NCBI GenBank assembly: GCA_947478395.1
Contig: CANJVR010000001.1
Location: 640,001 to 704,000 of the forward strand
Length of the DNA: 64,000 nt
Reading direction: 5' to 3'
Origin: Opitutia bacterium
GTDB lineage: Bacteria; Verrucomicrobiota; Verrucomicrobiia; Opitutales; Opitutaceae
Translations under genes and position numbers: made by a program
Shown here: piece after piece, positions 46,805 through 56,818 of the stretch
Position numbering within the stretch: the stretch's first letter is position 1
Layout: each line of letters starts with the position of its first letter
The notes under the pieces: model-generated
What the model was told of the DNA's origin: nothing
The model's database searches: none
What the model saw: the letters and a program-made list of their open reading frames with translations, nothing else

Positions 46805-47443
46805 TCACGCTCCGGCCGCGACCGCCGCAAAATTCCCATAGATCTGCAGGCCCTTTGCCTGGCTTTTTTCCGGGTGAAACTGCGTGGCGAACATCCGGCC
46901 CCGTCCGACGGCCGCGCAAAAAACTCCGCCGTAGTCGCACTCTCCGAGCACCAGCGCCGGATCCGTCGGAACGCAGTGAAAACTATGTACGAAATAAAAT
47001 GCCTCACGATCCACCGCGAGCCCGGCCGCCAGCGGCGAACGCGGCTGCACAAAGCGCACCGTGTTCCAGCCCATATGCGGAATCTTGAATTCGGGCGGAC
47101 GGCGAAATCGCTGCACCTTGCCGGGCAAAATTCCGAGGCCCGTGACGTCGCCCTCCTCGGAATGCTCGAACAGCGCCTGCATGCCGAGGCAAACCCCGAG
47201 GAACGGCCGGTCCGCCGCGATCCACTCGCGCACCGTCGCATCGAGTCGCGTCGCGCGCAGCGCCGCGACGCAATCGCGCAGCGCGCCGACGCCGGGCAGC
47301 ACCAGTCCGGTCGCCCCACTCGCCGCCACGTCCGCCGGTGTATGCACCACGCGCGGCGCAGCACCGACGGCCTCAAGGGCCTTCGTGACGCTGCGCAGAT
47401 TGCAGATTCCGTTGTCGATAACGGCGATGACGGGAGCAGACAT
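46805..47443 (-). CDS. hisH: Imidazole glycerol phosphate synthase glutaminase subunit
   Basis: NLRSV, LPGVG, GVCLGMQ, PHMGWN, YFVHSF, QFHPEKS. Confidence 0.96.
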   Translation of the reverse strand: MSAPVIAVIDNGICNLRSVTKALEAVGAAPRVVHTPADVAASGATGLVLPGVGALRDCVAALRATRLDATVREWIAADRPFLGVCLGMQALFEHSEEGDVTGLGILPGKVQRFRRPPEFKIPHMGWNTVRFVQPRSPLAAGLAVDREAFYFVHSFHCVPTDPALVLGECDYGGVFCAAVGRGRMFATQFHPEKSQAKGLQIYGNFAAVAAGA

Positions 47444-47509
47444 GGCGCGCCAACGTAGCGCTCCCCGCGCCCGGCGCTAGTCCGAAAATTTTGGCCGAAG
47501 GCACCTCAT

Positions 47510-47957
47510 ATGCTCAGCCAAAATCAGGTCGAGTTAACCGCGCATCGTGCCGCCCACGCCCACCCGAACTATTTTCCCCGCCGCCTTCCCGCGGGCCGCG
47601 TCCGCAATCGGCCGGGGCGCTACCCCCGCGCTCGCCCCCAGGCCCTCGCCGTACACCGGCCAGCCCGCGCTCAACGACGGCGCCACGCTTATCAGCCGCA
47701 ACGAAAACCCGTTCAACGTTTCGCCCGAGGCAGCGGAGCGGGCGAAGGCCACCATCGAGGCCACGAATTATTACAGCCCCAACGATGTCGCCAAACCCGC
47801 AGCGGTGCTCGTGGAGAAAAAGGGCGTGCCCAGGATTTATATTTTGCCCACGTCCGGCTGCGGTCCGGTTTTAATGCTGACCGCCTGGGCCGACCCGAAA
47901 CTCGGCGTGAGCGTTGTCACCGTCGCCCTGCGATTCTTCACGGGAGCTCTACCCTGA
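47510..47957 (+). pseudogene. Truncated, frameshifted class I/II (HisC-like) aminotransferase remnant
   Basis: ISRNENPFNVSPEA...TNYYS...EKKGVPRIYILPTSGCGPVL matches the N-terminal part of the family; stops long before the PLP lysine. Confidence 0.6.
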
Positions 47958-48115
47958 TCATTGGGGCCACTGGTCGCCGCTGTCGGTCGGGCTGGCGCTC
48001 AAATTTGTCGGCGGCGCGACGCCCGCGTTGCAGGCCGCTGCGACTCGGTCCCCAAAACGAGCGACGCCGGACGGGCACGTTAAGGATCACGCGCCCTGCC
48101 TGGTGAAAATGCCCG

Positions 48116-49006
48116 TTAGCCTTGCTGCTTCTTGAAAAATTCCAGCGTGCGTTTCCACGAAAGTTCAGCCGCCGTTTTGTCGAAACGTGGGGTCGTGTCG
48201 TTGTGAAAGCCGTGGTTCACCTCAGGATAAATATGCACCTGGTACGACACGGAGGCCGCCTTCAAAGCGGCTTCGTAAGCCGGCCAGCCGGCATTCACGC
48301 GCGTGTCCAATCCCGCGTAGTGCAGCAAGAGCGCGCCCTTGATTTTCGCTGCGTTCTCCGGCGACGGTTGGCCGCCATAATAGGGCGCGGACGCCTTGAC
48401 GATTTCGGGCAGGCGCCACGCGAGCGTGTTAGCCATCCCGCCGCCGAAGCAGAATCCCGTGACGGCCATGAAGCCGTTGCAGTCGGCGTGCGTGTGCAGG
48501 AATTGGGTGGCAGCGACGAAATCCTCGGTGATCTTTTTCCCGTCGAGCTTCCGTTGCATCGCAACGCCTTCCTCGTCGGTGCCGGGATAGCCGCCGAGCG
48601 GATAGAGGGCGTCGGGCGCGAATGCCACGTAGCCTTCGAGCGCGAGTCGGCGCGCGACGTCCTCGATGTAGGGATTCAGCCCACGGTTTTCGTGCACGAC
48701 AATGACCCCGGGAAGCTTCCCTTTGGCCGCGCTGGGTTTGGCAAAAAGACCGCGCATTTCACCACTGCCGTCGGGCGAAGCGTATTTCACGTACTCGGAC
48801 TTAACCCGGGCGTCTTCCTTTGGCACTTGAACAGCCAAGGCATAATTGGGGCTCATCATCTCGAGCAACGCCACCGCCGTCAGTCCGCCGACGGCGAACT
48901 TCGCCGCCCGTTCGAGAAATGTCCGGCGGTCGATGTGCCCGTGGGCATAAAAATCGTAGAGATAAAGCAGCTCCTGATCGAATTCCTGGGCGGTCTTGCG
49001 TTCCAT
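48116..49006 (-). CDS. Dienelactone hydrolase family protein (YghX-like)
   Basis: YDFYAHGHIDRRTFL, HENRGLNP, GFCFGG nucleophile, HGFHNDTTPR. Confidence 0.92.
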   Translation of the reverse strand: MERKTAQEFDQELLYLYDFYAHGHIDRRTFLERAAKFAVGGLTAVALLEMMSPNYALAVQVPKEDARVKSEYVKYASPDGSGEMRGLFAKPSAAKGKLPGVIVVHENRGLNPYIEDVARRLALEGYVAFAPDALYPLGGYPGTDEEGVAMQRKLDGKKITEDFVAATQFLHTHADCNGFMAVTGFCFGGGMANTLAWRLPEIVKASAPYYGGQPSPENAAKIKGALLLHYAGLDTRVNAGWPAYEAALKAASVSYQVHIYPEVNHGFHNDTTPRFDKTAAELSWKRTLEFFKKQQG

Positions 49007-49138
49007 GGTCGGTACAGCGATTGGGGTTGGAGAAGCAGTCGGGACGGCTAAGAAACAGCCGCCCGCGCGATCGCAGTCAAACGGGAATCGAAACGGTTAA
49101 GGACGTTAACGCCGGGACCCTTCTGAAGTTGGGAAAAC

Positions 49139-49214
49139 GCGGGCTGGGTCCCCCTCACCCCGCATGAGCGCAACATCATCTGCGCCGTCGCGGTGGAGTG
49201 GATGCACCCGCCTC
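49139..49214. repeat. REP pair family 2, copy 3 (degenerate)
   Basis: GCGGGCTGGGTCCCCCTCACCCCGCATGAGCGC...ATCTGCG...GCACCCGCCT. Confidence 0.55.
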
Positions 49215-49224
49215 AATCCCTTTT

Positions 49225-50253
49225 CTACCCCGCGCTCGATGTCGCCCAGAGGTTGATGTCGCCGTCCTTCGCGTACCGGTCAATCGCCACGAGCTCATCG
49301 GTCGAGAAATTGAGATTCTGTAAAGCGCCCACGCAGTCGTCGACCTGCGCGACCTTACTCGCACCGATCAATGCGGACGTCACCTGCGGACTCCGCAACA
49401 CCCACGCGATCGCCATCTGCGCCAGCGTCTGGCCGCGGGCTTGCGCGAGATCGTTTAGGGCGCGGATGTTCGCCAGATTTTCCGCGGAGAGCAGCGTCGG
49501 ACTGAGCGAGCTATTCGCCTTCATGCGACTATCCGCCGGCTGGCCGGCGAGGTACTTGGTCGTCAACATCCCCTGTGCCAGCGGCGAGAATGCGATGCAG
49601 CCGATGCCCTGCGCTTCCAGCGTCGGCAAAAGTCCGTCGCTCTCGACCCAGCGATTCAGCATCGAGTAACTCGGCTGATGAATCAGGCAACGGTGGCCGA
49701 ATTCCTTGAGCAACGCTTGAGCCTCCTGCGTGCGGCGGCTGTTGTAGGACGAGACGCCGACGTACAGCGCCTTCCCGGACTCCAGCGCTTTGGCCAATGC
49801 GCCCATGGTTTCATCGAGCGGTGTAGCCGGATCGAAACGGTGCGAATAAAAAATATCCACGTAATCGAGACCCATGCGTTGAAGGCTCTGGTCGAGGCTC
49901 GCGGTGAGATATTTCCGACTGCCCCACTCGCCGTACGGGCCCGGCCACATCCGGTAGCCGGCTTTGGTGGAGATGATGAGTTCGTCACGCAGTCCGGCGA
50001 AATCAGTGCGCAGAATTTCACCGAAGTTGCGCTCGGCCGATCCGGCGGGCGGTCCGTAATTGTTCGCGAGATCGAAATGCGTGATGCCCAGGTCGAAGGC
50101 CCGGCGGCACATCGCCCGCGTATTTTCGGTCGGCGCCGTTCCGCCGAAATTGTGCCACAAGCCGAGCGAAAGTGCGGGCAGCTTGAGCCCACTCTTTCCA
50201 CACGTGCGATAGATCATCGATCCGTAACGATTCTCGGCGGGGCTATAACTCAT
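49225..50253 (-). CDS. mgrA: Aldo/keto reductase, L-glyceraldehyde 3-phosphate reductase (Gpr/MgrA-like)
   Basis: SLGLWHNFG, FDLANNYGPP, ISTKAGY, MWPGPYGEWGSRKY, HQPSYSM, FSPLAQG. Confidence 0.9.
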   Translation of the reverse strand: MSYSPAENRYGSMIYRTCGKSGLKLPALSLGLWHNFGGTAPTENTRAMCRRAFDLGITHFDLANNYGPPAGSAERNFGEILRTDFAGLRDELIISTKAGYRMWPGPYGEWGSRKYLTASLDQSLQRMGLDYVDIFYSHRFDPATPLDETMGALAKALESGKALYVGVSSYNSRRTQEAQALLKEFGHRCLIHQPSYSMLNRWVESDGLLPTLEAQGIGCIAFSPLAQGMLTTKYLAGQPADSRMKANSSLSPTLLSAENLANIRALNDLAQARGQTLAQMAIAWVLRSPQVTSALIGASKVAQVDDCVGALQNLNFSTDELVAIDRYAKDGDINLWATSSAG

Positions 50254-50750
50254 AGCCGTCACGTATCGCGCGACTCCGGTGGCCCAACAAGCCTGTTTCA
50301 GCCAGCCGGTCCAGACCCGCGCCGCCCATTCGATGTGACGACTCCATCCGCGCTGAAATAAATTCCCGCGAAAGGCCGAGCGAAACCTATTGCGTTACCC
50401 TCGGCCGACGTGACGCCACGCGGCGCTTTGCGGGCCACAAAATTTTTCCGGGGTTGCGGAGCGGCTATAGTTCATCCGCCGCCGCGGCACGATTTTGCCG
50501 GCAAGGGCTGCGCGCCAACGGGCGGACCCCTCGCGCTCGGGGCGAAACGCACGGGCCGATCGAGGAGTCGCCGGGACTCGTGTCGCCGCAGCAAGAATAC
50601 GAACGTCGCACCATGACGCGATGCGTCCATCCGGGAAACGTTTCCAGCGACGCGCGATCAAAGCTGCCCCGCGTCGCTTCAGCGACCCGGTCTATCCACC
50701 GCTCGAGTATCAATTCCACGCTGAACCCACCACCAGGATCAGACTCGCAC

Positions 50751-51668
50751 TCAAGGTTCGAGCCCCAGCAGGCGAGCCGGATTTCGCCGCACCATTAAAT
50801 CCACTTCGCGGTCCGTCAGGCCTCCGGTCTTGAGCGCGGAGATAAACGTCCGCAGCCCGTCCGTGTGCAGTGGCGCGTTTGTCTGGCCCATGTCCGAAGA
50901 CACGAGAAAGTGCTCCGCGCCGACCGCCTGCACTGCGCTTACACAATCGCTGACGGGAACGCCCTGTCCAACTGGCGCAGGCAGATGCGTCAACCAGGTG
51001 AATTCCATCACAACGCCCAATGCGGCCAGCTGTTTCATTTGCTCGAGTGCGGCCCGTGTCGTATCGGACAGCACATGCGTCGCCAGCAGCCGCTTGACCC
51101 CCGCGGCCCGCGCCGCCTTGAAAATAATCAGGGCTTCCTCCGCGGACGAGTGGCCCGACGCTAGGATAAGATCGTTAGCCGCGATCACTTCGAAAATCTC
51201 CTTCAATGCCGGCACCGGTTGCCCATCTTTCACCACGGAGACGAACGGGCGGGCCGCTTTTGAAAAGCGCACTTGGTTTTCCGCGTCGAACGTCGGAAGC
51301 CAGACGATTTTTCCACGGTGTCCTTCGATCTGAATCATTCGCTGCACGGCTTCCGCGTTGAGCCCGCCGTTGGAAAAATTCAGCACCACGCCACCAAAAA
51401 CATCGATGCCGCCGACCTCCTGCATGGCCAGTTGCGCGAGGGCTGCGGTACCGAGGAAATGATTTTTCAACACCACCCCGCGCATACCCGCCGCGCGCGC
51501 CTGCCGCACCACGGCAAAGCTGTTCAGCGAACGGCCCACGGTGTCCGGTCCCGAATGACTGTGAAAATCCACGACGCCGGCCAGCACGTTGGCTTCCACA
51601 GGAGCATCCGCCGCGCGCAAAGAGACGCCGGCCAGCAACGAAATAAAGAGGGGGAAAAAGAATCGCAT
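50751..51668 (-). CDS. Exported amidohydrolase-fold metalloprotein (DUF6282-like)
   Basis: Signal peptide, DFHSHSGPD, VLKNH, WLPT, ASGH, SSDMGQ. Confidence 0.75.
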   Translation of the reverse strand: MRFFFPLFISLLAGVSLRAADAPVEANVLAGVVDFHSHSGPDTVGRSLNSFAVVRQARAAGMRGVVLKNHFLGTAALAQLAMQEVGGIDVFGGVVLNFSNGGLNAEAVQRMIQIEGHRGKIVWLPTFDAENQVRFSKAARPFVSVVKDGQPVPALKEIFEVIAANDLILASGHSSAEEALIIFKAARAAGVKRLLATHVLSDTTRAALEQMKQLAALGVVMEFTWLTHLPAPVGQGVPVSDCVSAVQAVGAEHFLVSSDMGQTNAPLHTDGLRTFISALKTGGLTDREVDLMVRRNPARLLGLEP

Positions 51669-51860
51669 CGCGGGGTTGCAGGAGCTTCGTGGCCGAGGGC
51701 CCACACGCAAGATCGGGCGATCGATCCCCGTCGGGATCCATCCATCACCGCATCGCGCCGCGCGGGCAATGCTTCGCAGAACGCTACAAGTAAACAATCT
51801 GCACCCGGTAATGTCGCCGGGCTTCAACGGCCATTAACCGCGTTTCCCCTCCGGCTCCTC

Positions 51861-52331
51861 CTATCCTTTCGCTTCCGGCTTCGGCGGACCGAAATTGCCG
51901 CTCTCCGCGGCGTACACAAAACCTTCGGTCACGCTCTTGAGTTCTTCCCAACGGGCCCGGATTTTTTTCGCTTCCTCCCTGGTGATGATATTGTCCGCCG
52001 AGGACATCGCGATCGTCGCCAACATGTCGGCGAACTCCTGCACAATCCCGTTTGTCATGGGAATGAGCGGCTGATGGGGCGCCAGATTCTGCGGATTACG
52101 GATGAAAAACCCTCCCGCTTGCTCCGCCACCCATTGGGCGATGCTCGCGTCGTGCGTGCTGCGAATGAGCTGCCCCACGCGGTCGAGCGGATTGTTCGCC
52201 CCGCTGCCAATATCATCCTCCGGCGATTCCGCCCATTTGTAGATCAAGGAGAGCGACAGTTGGAGGTCGGCGCTGATCTGCTTCGCGCTCGTCTTCTTGA
52301 GCACCTCCCGGATCACTTCGTGCGATTGCAT
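51861..52331 (-). CDS. Phage regulatory CII-like / HTH-containing protein
   Basis: MQSHEVIREV...SAKQISADLQLSLSLIYKWAE...NPLDR...DNIITREEAKKIR. Confidence 0.6.
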   Translation of the reverse strand: MQSHEVIREVLKKTSAKQISADLQLSLSLIYKWAESPEDDIGSGANNPLDRVGQLIRSTHDASIAQWVAEQAGGFFIRNPQNLAPHQPLIPMTNGIVQEFADMLATIAMSSADNIITREEAKKIRARWEELKSVTEGFVYAAESGNFGPPKPEAKG

Positions 52332-52550
52332 GACGCCGGCGAGCCTGCCGGGGCGATGAGGCCGCGCAACATTGTAAGTGATCCCGGGCCGCAAAACCGT
52401 TTTCGATCCTGCCTCTCCATTGGCGACCACGCGCGCCATGCGATCATTTCGGCCATGGGTTTGAACTCGGGTCGGTGGTGAAAGCCGGGGCTATTCTTGA
52501 CCGACCGACAAGACTGCCGGCCATTAGACCGACCGCCCCATTGCAGTACC

Positions 52551-52584
52551 AGAGCCTGAACTTACGCTCAGGCCCTCTTTTTTT
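52551..52584 (+). terminator. Terminator-like hairpin in the sucC leader
   Basis: AGAGCCTGA-ACTTACGC-TCAGGCCCTC followed by T7, about 55 nt before the sucC ATG, with no + strand gene upstream. Confidence 0.55.
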
Positions 52585-52638
52585 CGTGCGTTGTCCAGCT
52601 GGCCTCTGGCTAACTGCGGGTTCCGTTTTCACTTTCCC

Positions 52639-53820
52639 ATGAATATCCACGAGTATCAGGCCAAGGCTCTCTTCGAAAAATTTGGGGTTCCGGTACCCAA
52701 AGGCGCGACCGCGACGAAGCCCGAAGAATTTATCACCGCCCTCGCCAGCCTGCCCGAAGGCCCGACCATGGTGAAATCCCAGATCCACGCCGGCGGCCGC
52801 GGCAAGGGCACGTTCACCGACGGCTTCAAAGGCGGCGTGAAATTCTGCAAGACCAAGGCCGACGCCCTCGACATGGCCGGAAAGATGCTCGGCAACACCC
52901 TCGTCACCGCGCAAACCGGCCCCGCCGGACGCAAGGTGCAGACGATCTATTTCACCGTCGCGAGCGACATCAAGAAGGAGTACTACCTCGCGATTCTTCT
53001 CGACCGTGCCACCTCGCAGCCGGTGATCGTCGCCTCGACCGAGGGCGGCATGGACATCGAGAAAGTGGCCCACGACACGCCCGAGAAACTTTTCAAGATC
53101 TTCGTCGATCCCGCCTACGGCCTCGCGGATTTCCAAGTACGCGAACTCCTCTTTAAACTCGCCCTGACCGGCGCCGAGGCGAAGAACGCCGCGAAACTCA
53201 TCCGCGCGCTCTACACGATGTACTGGGAAACCGATGCCGCGATGATCGAGGTTAATCCGCTCATCACCACGCCGACCGGTGAAGTCCTCGCGCTCGACGC
53301 CAAGGTCTCTTTCGACTCCAACGCCCTCTATCGTCACCCCGCCATCGTCAGCCTGCGCGACCTCAACGAGGAAGACCCGAAGGAAATCGCCGCGTCGAAA
53401 TTCTCGCTGAGCTACATCGCGCTCGACGGCAACATCGCCTGCCTCGTTAACGGCGCCGGCCTCGCGATGAGTACGATGGACATCATCCAGCACTTCGGCG
53501 GCACGCCGGCCAACTTCTTGGACGTCGGCGGCGGCGCCTCGAAGGACCAGGTTATTGCGGCGTTCAAGATCATCCTCGGCGACGCCAACGTGAAGGGCAT
53601 TCTCGTGAATATTTTTGGCGGCATCATGGACTGCAACGTGATCGCGACCGGCATCGTCGAAGCGGTAAAGGAAGTGGGACTCAAGCTACCGCTCGTCGTC
53701 CGCCTGGAAGGCAACAACGTCGCTGCCGGCAAAGCCACCCTCGCCGCCTCCGGCCTCGCGCTCGTCTCGGGCGATACCATGGCCGACGCCGCCCAGAAAA
53801 TCGTGAAACTGGTCGCCTGA
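52639..53820 (+). CDS. sucC: Succinyl-CoA synthetase beta subunit
   Basis: MNIHEYQAK, QIHAGGRGKG, NGAGLAM, NFLDVGGGA, RLEG. Confidence 0.98.
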   Translation: MNIHEYQAKALFEKFGVPVPKGATATKPEEFITALASLPEGPTMVKSQIHAGGRGKGTFTDGFKGGVKFCKTKADALDMAGKMLGNTLVTAQTGPAGRKVQTIYFTVASDIKKEYYLAILLDRATSQPVIVASTEGGMDIEKVAHDTPEKLFKIFVDPAYGLADFQVRELLFKLALTGAEAKNAAKLIRALYTMYWETDAAMIEVNPLITTPTGEVLALDAKVSFDSNALYRHPAIVSLRDLNEEDPKEIAASKFSLSYIALDGNIACLVNGAGLAMSTMDIIQHFGGTPANFLDVGGGASKDQVIAAFKIILGDANVKGILVNIFGGIMDCNVIATGIVEAVKEVGLKLPLVVRLEGNNVAAGKATLAASGLALVSGDTMADAAQKIVKLVA

Positions 53821-53909
53821 AAAATTTCGCCGGAGGCCACCGAGAAAACAGAGGGTTTCGTATCCGCACCTATCTCCGTTTCCTCCTGCAGAAAACCAAC
53901 CCGATCCCC

Positions 53910-54062
53910 GTGATTATCCACGTCAAAAAATTCGCGTTCGTCTGTCATCCCGTCGCGGACATCGCAGGCGCCCGCGAATTCCACGAAGGGCGGCTCGCCC
54001 TCAAGCTTGGTACGCAGATCGAGTTCGCCCCCGGCCGCCACCCGCGCAACGCCACCGCCTAA
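53910..54062 (+). pseudogene. VOC/glyoxalase family N-terminal remnant
   Basis: Own translation from GTG 53910: MIIHVKKFAFVCHPVADIAGAREFHEGRLALKLGTQIEFAPGRHPRNATA-stop (50 aa). Confidence 0.6.
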
Positions 54063-54124
54063 ACCCGCGGCCGAACGTCCAACCTACTCACTAATTACCA
54101 CCCGCTACTCGCTCCTTTCCAAAA

Positions 54125-55048
54125 ATGTCCATCCTCATCACCCCCGAAACGAAGATTCTCGTTCAAGGCATCACCGGCGACTTCGGCGGCCGCCACGCCA
54201 AACTCTCCCTCGACTACGGCACCCAGCTCGTCGCCGGCGTCACGCCCGGCAAGGGCGGCCAGTTCTTCGAACACGGCGCGCATAAGGTGCCGATCTTCAA
54301 CTCCGTCGCCGAAGCGGTCGCCGCCACCCGTGCGACGGTCGCCGTCGTCTATGTTCCACCGCCATTCGCGGCCGACGCCATCCTCGAAGGCGTTGCGGCC
54401 CGACTCGACCTGGTGGTCGCCATCACGGAGGGAATTCCGATCAAGGATATGATCCGCGTGAAGCGCGCGATGCAGGGAGCCAAGACCCGGCTCGTAGGCC
54501 CAAACTGTCCTGGCATCGTCACACCCGGTACCGGCAAAGACTCCAGCGGCGGCTGCCGGATCGGCATCGCGCCGGGTTACATTCACAAGAAGGGCCACGT
54601 CGGCGTCGTTTCCCGCTCTGGCACTCTGACCTACGAGGCGGTCTTCCAACTGACGTCGAAAGGTATCGGCCAATCGACCGCCGTCGGCATCGGCGGCGAC
54701 CCCGTTAACGGCACGAGCCACCTCGATGTTATCAAGCTTTTCAACGAAGACCCCGACACGCATGCGATCATCCTCATCGGTGAAATCGGCGGCAACGCCG
54801 AGGTCGAAGCCGCGCGCTGGATCAAGGCGAACTGCAAGAAACCGGTCGCCGGATTCATTGCCGGCGCAACGGCCCCTGCCGGTCGCCGGATGGGCCACGC
54901 CGGCGCAATCGTCGGCGGCGCAGAGGACACGGCCGCAGCGAAGATCGCTGTCTTCAAAGAGTGCGGCATCGAAGTCGCCGCGACGCCAAGCGACATGGCC
55001 GATGCTTTGCTCCGCGCAGCGAAAGCAAAGGGCGTGACGCTCTCCTGA
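54125..55048 (+). CDS. sucD: Succinyl-CoA synthetase alpha subunit
   Basis: [35 protein letters not shown] phosphohistidine motif. Confidence 0.98.
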   Translation: MSILITPETKILVQGITGDFGGRHAKLSLDYGTQLVAGVTPGKGGQFFEHGAHKVPIFNSVAEAVAATRATVAVVYVPPPFAADAILEGVAARLDLVVAITEGIPIKDMIRVKRAMQGAKTRLVGPNCPGIVTPGTGKDSSGGCRIGIAPGYIHKKGHVGVVSRSGTLTYEAVFQLTSKGIGQSTAVGIGGDPVNGTSHLDVIKLFNEDPDTHAIILIGEIGGNAEVEAARWIKANCKKPVAGFIAGATAPAGRRMGHAGAIVGGAEDTAAAKIAVFKECGIEVAATPSDMADALLRAAKAKGVTLS

Positions 55049-55547
55049 GATCACGCGCGTTGACGCCCAACGCGCTTTCGCGGCCGCCGATACCACTTGC
55101 GGCCCAACTCCTTGATTTCCGGCAAGGCGGGAATCGTTCGTGACCCAGTAAATGGCCGGCTTCCGCGAGCGCCGGCTCTGTCGGCGCCGGAGTCTCGTCT
55201 CCGCACGGATGGGGTCTGCTTGCTGCGCTCGTGCCACTGATCGTCGGCGCTACGCAAACTTCACCATCGGCCCGCATGCCCGCTTAGTTAATCGCCGAAA
55301 TCTTCACGCGTTGAAAGATCGCGCGGAGTGCCTTTCGCCAGCCCCGCCGCCCGTTTGCCCACGCGCCCGACGACGGACTTTTATGGGCTGGCTTAACGCT
55401 CAGCGACCGCGCGGCTCTTGCGCAAAACGGGCCTGGAGGAAGACCCACCAACTGTCGGCCGAATGCGGCTGGTTGCTCCCCAACAAAAATCGCATCGCGC
55501 CGTCCGCAGCCTTGCCTCTCCTCTGGCGCTTCTCCTTAACCATTTTC

Positions 55548-56579
55548 ATGCGCTCCACCCCTCGCATCCTCCTCGCCACGCTTTGCGTGTGCCTCTCCGC
55601 CTCGTTCGTCCGCGCCCACGCGCCGGCGGTCGATATGCTCGAAGCCGCCAAAGCGTTCCTCGGCAAACTTTCGCCCGCCCAAAAAGCCAAGGCGACCTAC
55701 GCGCTCACCGATGCCGAGCGGGAAAATTGGAATTTCGTGCCCATCGCCCGCCAGGGCCTGCCGTTCAAGGAAATGAGCGCGGAACAGCACGACCTCGCCG
55801 CCGCCCTCCTCCGCACCGGCCTAGGCCAACGTGGCATCGTCCGCGCCGAAGCCATCATGGCGATGGAGCTCGTCCTAAAAGAACTCGAGAACAACCAGCC
55901 CGCGGGCCGGCGGGATCCGACGAATTATTTCACGACCATTTTCGGCGAGCCTTCCGCGGACAAGTCCTGGGGCTGGCGCTTCGAGGGCCACCATCTTTCC
56001 TTCAATTTCACTGTCGTCGACGGCTCACACGTATTTTTCACCCCGTCGTTTATCGGCAGCAATCCCGGCGAGGTCATGGCCGGACCCCGCAAAGGCGAAC
56101 GCGTCCTCGGCGAAGAGGAAGATCTCGGACTCGCGCTCATCAATTCACTGGACGAAGCGCAGCGCAAAATCGCCGTCTTCGATGCGAAGGCCCCCGGCGA
56201 AATCATCACGACCAACAAACATCGCGTCGATCCGCTCTCGCCCGCCGGGATCGCCGCCGCCCAGTTACAGCCGGCGCAGAAAGCTAAACTGCTCGAACTG
56301 GTGAAAGTTTATCTCAGCCGCTGCCGCACCGAGATCGCCGATGCCGAATTCGCGTCCATCTCGGCTGCCGGCCTGGACAAGATTACCTTCGCCTGGGCCG
56401 GCGGTTTTGCCCGTGGTGTCGGCACTTATTACCGCGTCCAAGGGCCGACGTTTCTCATCGAATTCGATAACACCCAGAACAACGCCAACCACATCCACAC
56501 GACGTTGCGCGATTTCAAGGGCGACTTCGGCCACGACCTCCTCGCCGAACATTACGCCAAGGAACATCCCGCCAAATGA
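55548..56579 (+). CDS. DUF3500-like exported protein
   Basis: Signal peptide from ATG 55548, WNFVP, WGWRFEGHHLS, YYRVQGP, NHIHT. Confidence 0.82.
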   Translation: MRSTPRILLATLCVCLSASFVRAHAPAVDMLEAAKAFLGKLSPAQKAKATYALTDAERENWNFVPIARQGLPFKEMSAEQHDLAAALLRTGLGQRGIVRAEAIMAMELVLKELENNQPAGRRDPTNYFTTIFGEPSADKSWGWRFEGHHLSFNFTVVDGSHVFFTPSFIGSNPGEVMAGPRKGERVLGEEEDLGLALINSLDEAQRKIAVFDAKAPGEIITTNKHRVDPLSPAGIAAAQLQPAQKAKLLELVKVYLSRCRTEIADAEFASISAAGLDKITFAWAGGFARGVGTYYRVQGPTFLIEFDNTQNNANHIHTTLRDFKGDFGHDLLAEHYAKEHPAK

Positions 56580-56789
56580 TGAGGCGGCCGCGTTTCTGAC
56601 GCAGAACCTCAAAAATCGAGGACCCGACGAAATGGTCGCCCGCAGATTTACATTCGGAACACGAACGAATCGGTTTTAACCGGCCGATTCCGCCAAACGG
56701 GCCGGGGGGCCGCCGCGATGGATCGGAAGCAAACCCGGATGTGAGCGGTCACTATCCAGGACCAGCAAATCAGAACGCCCCCGAAGACC

Positions 56790-56818
56790 AGCCGATCTGA
56801 AGCCCAGATCGGCTTTTT
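56790..56818 (+). terminator. Intrinsic terminator
   Basis: AGCCGATCTG-AAGCC-CAGATCGGCT followed by a T-run, between convergent genes. Confidence 0.75.

Noticed and set aside
50465..50719. 84-aa minus-strand ORF in the mgrA upstream gap
   Set aside because: No recognisable family and an Arg/Ser/Pro-rich tail typical of non-coding frames
51861..52331. Prophage around the CII-like gene
   Set aside because: No integrase, structural or replication genes; flanks are metabolic genes
55049..55300. Possible RAYT/transposase remnant (PAIYWVT) beside a decayed REP-like sequence
   Set aside because: Only a few residues of resemblance, no HUH motif; insufficient evidence
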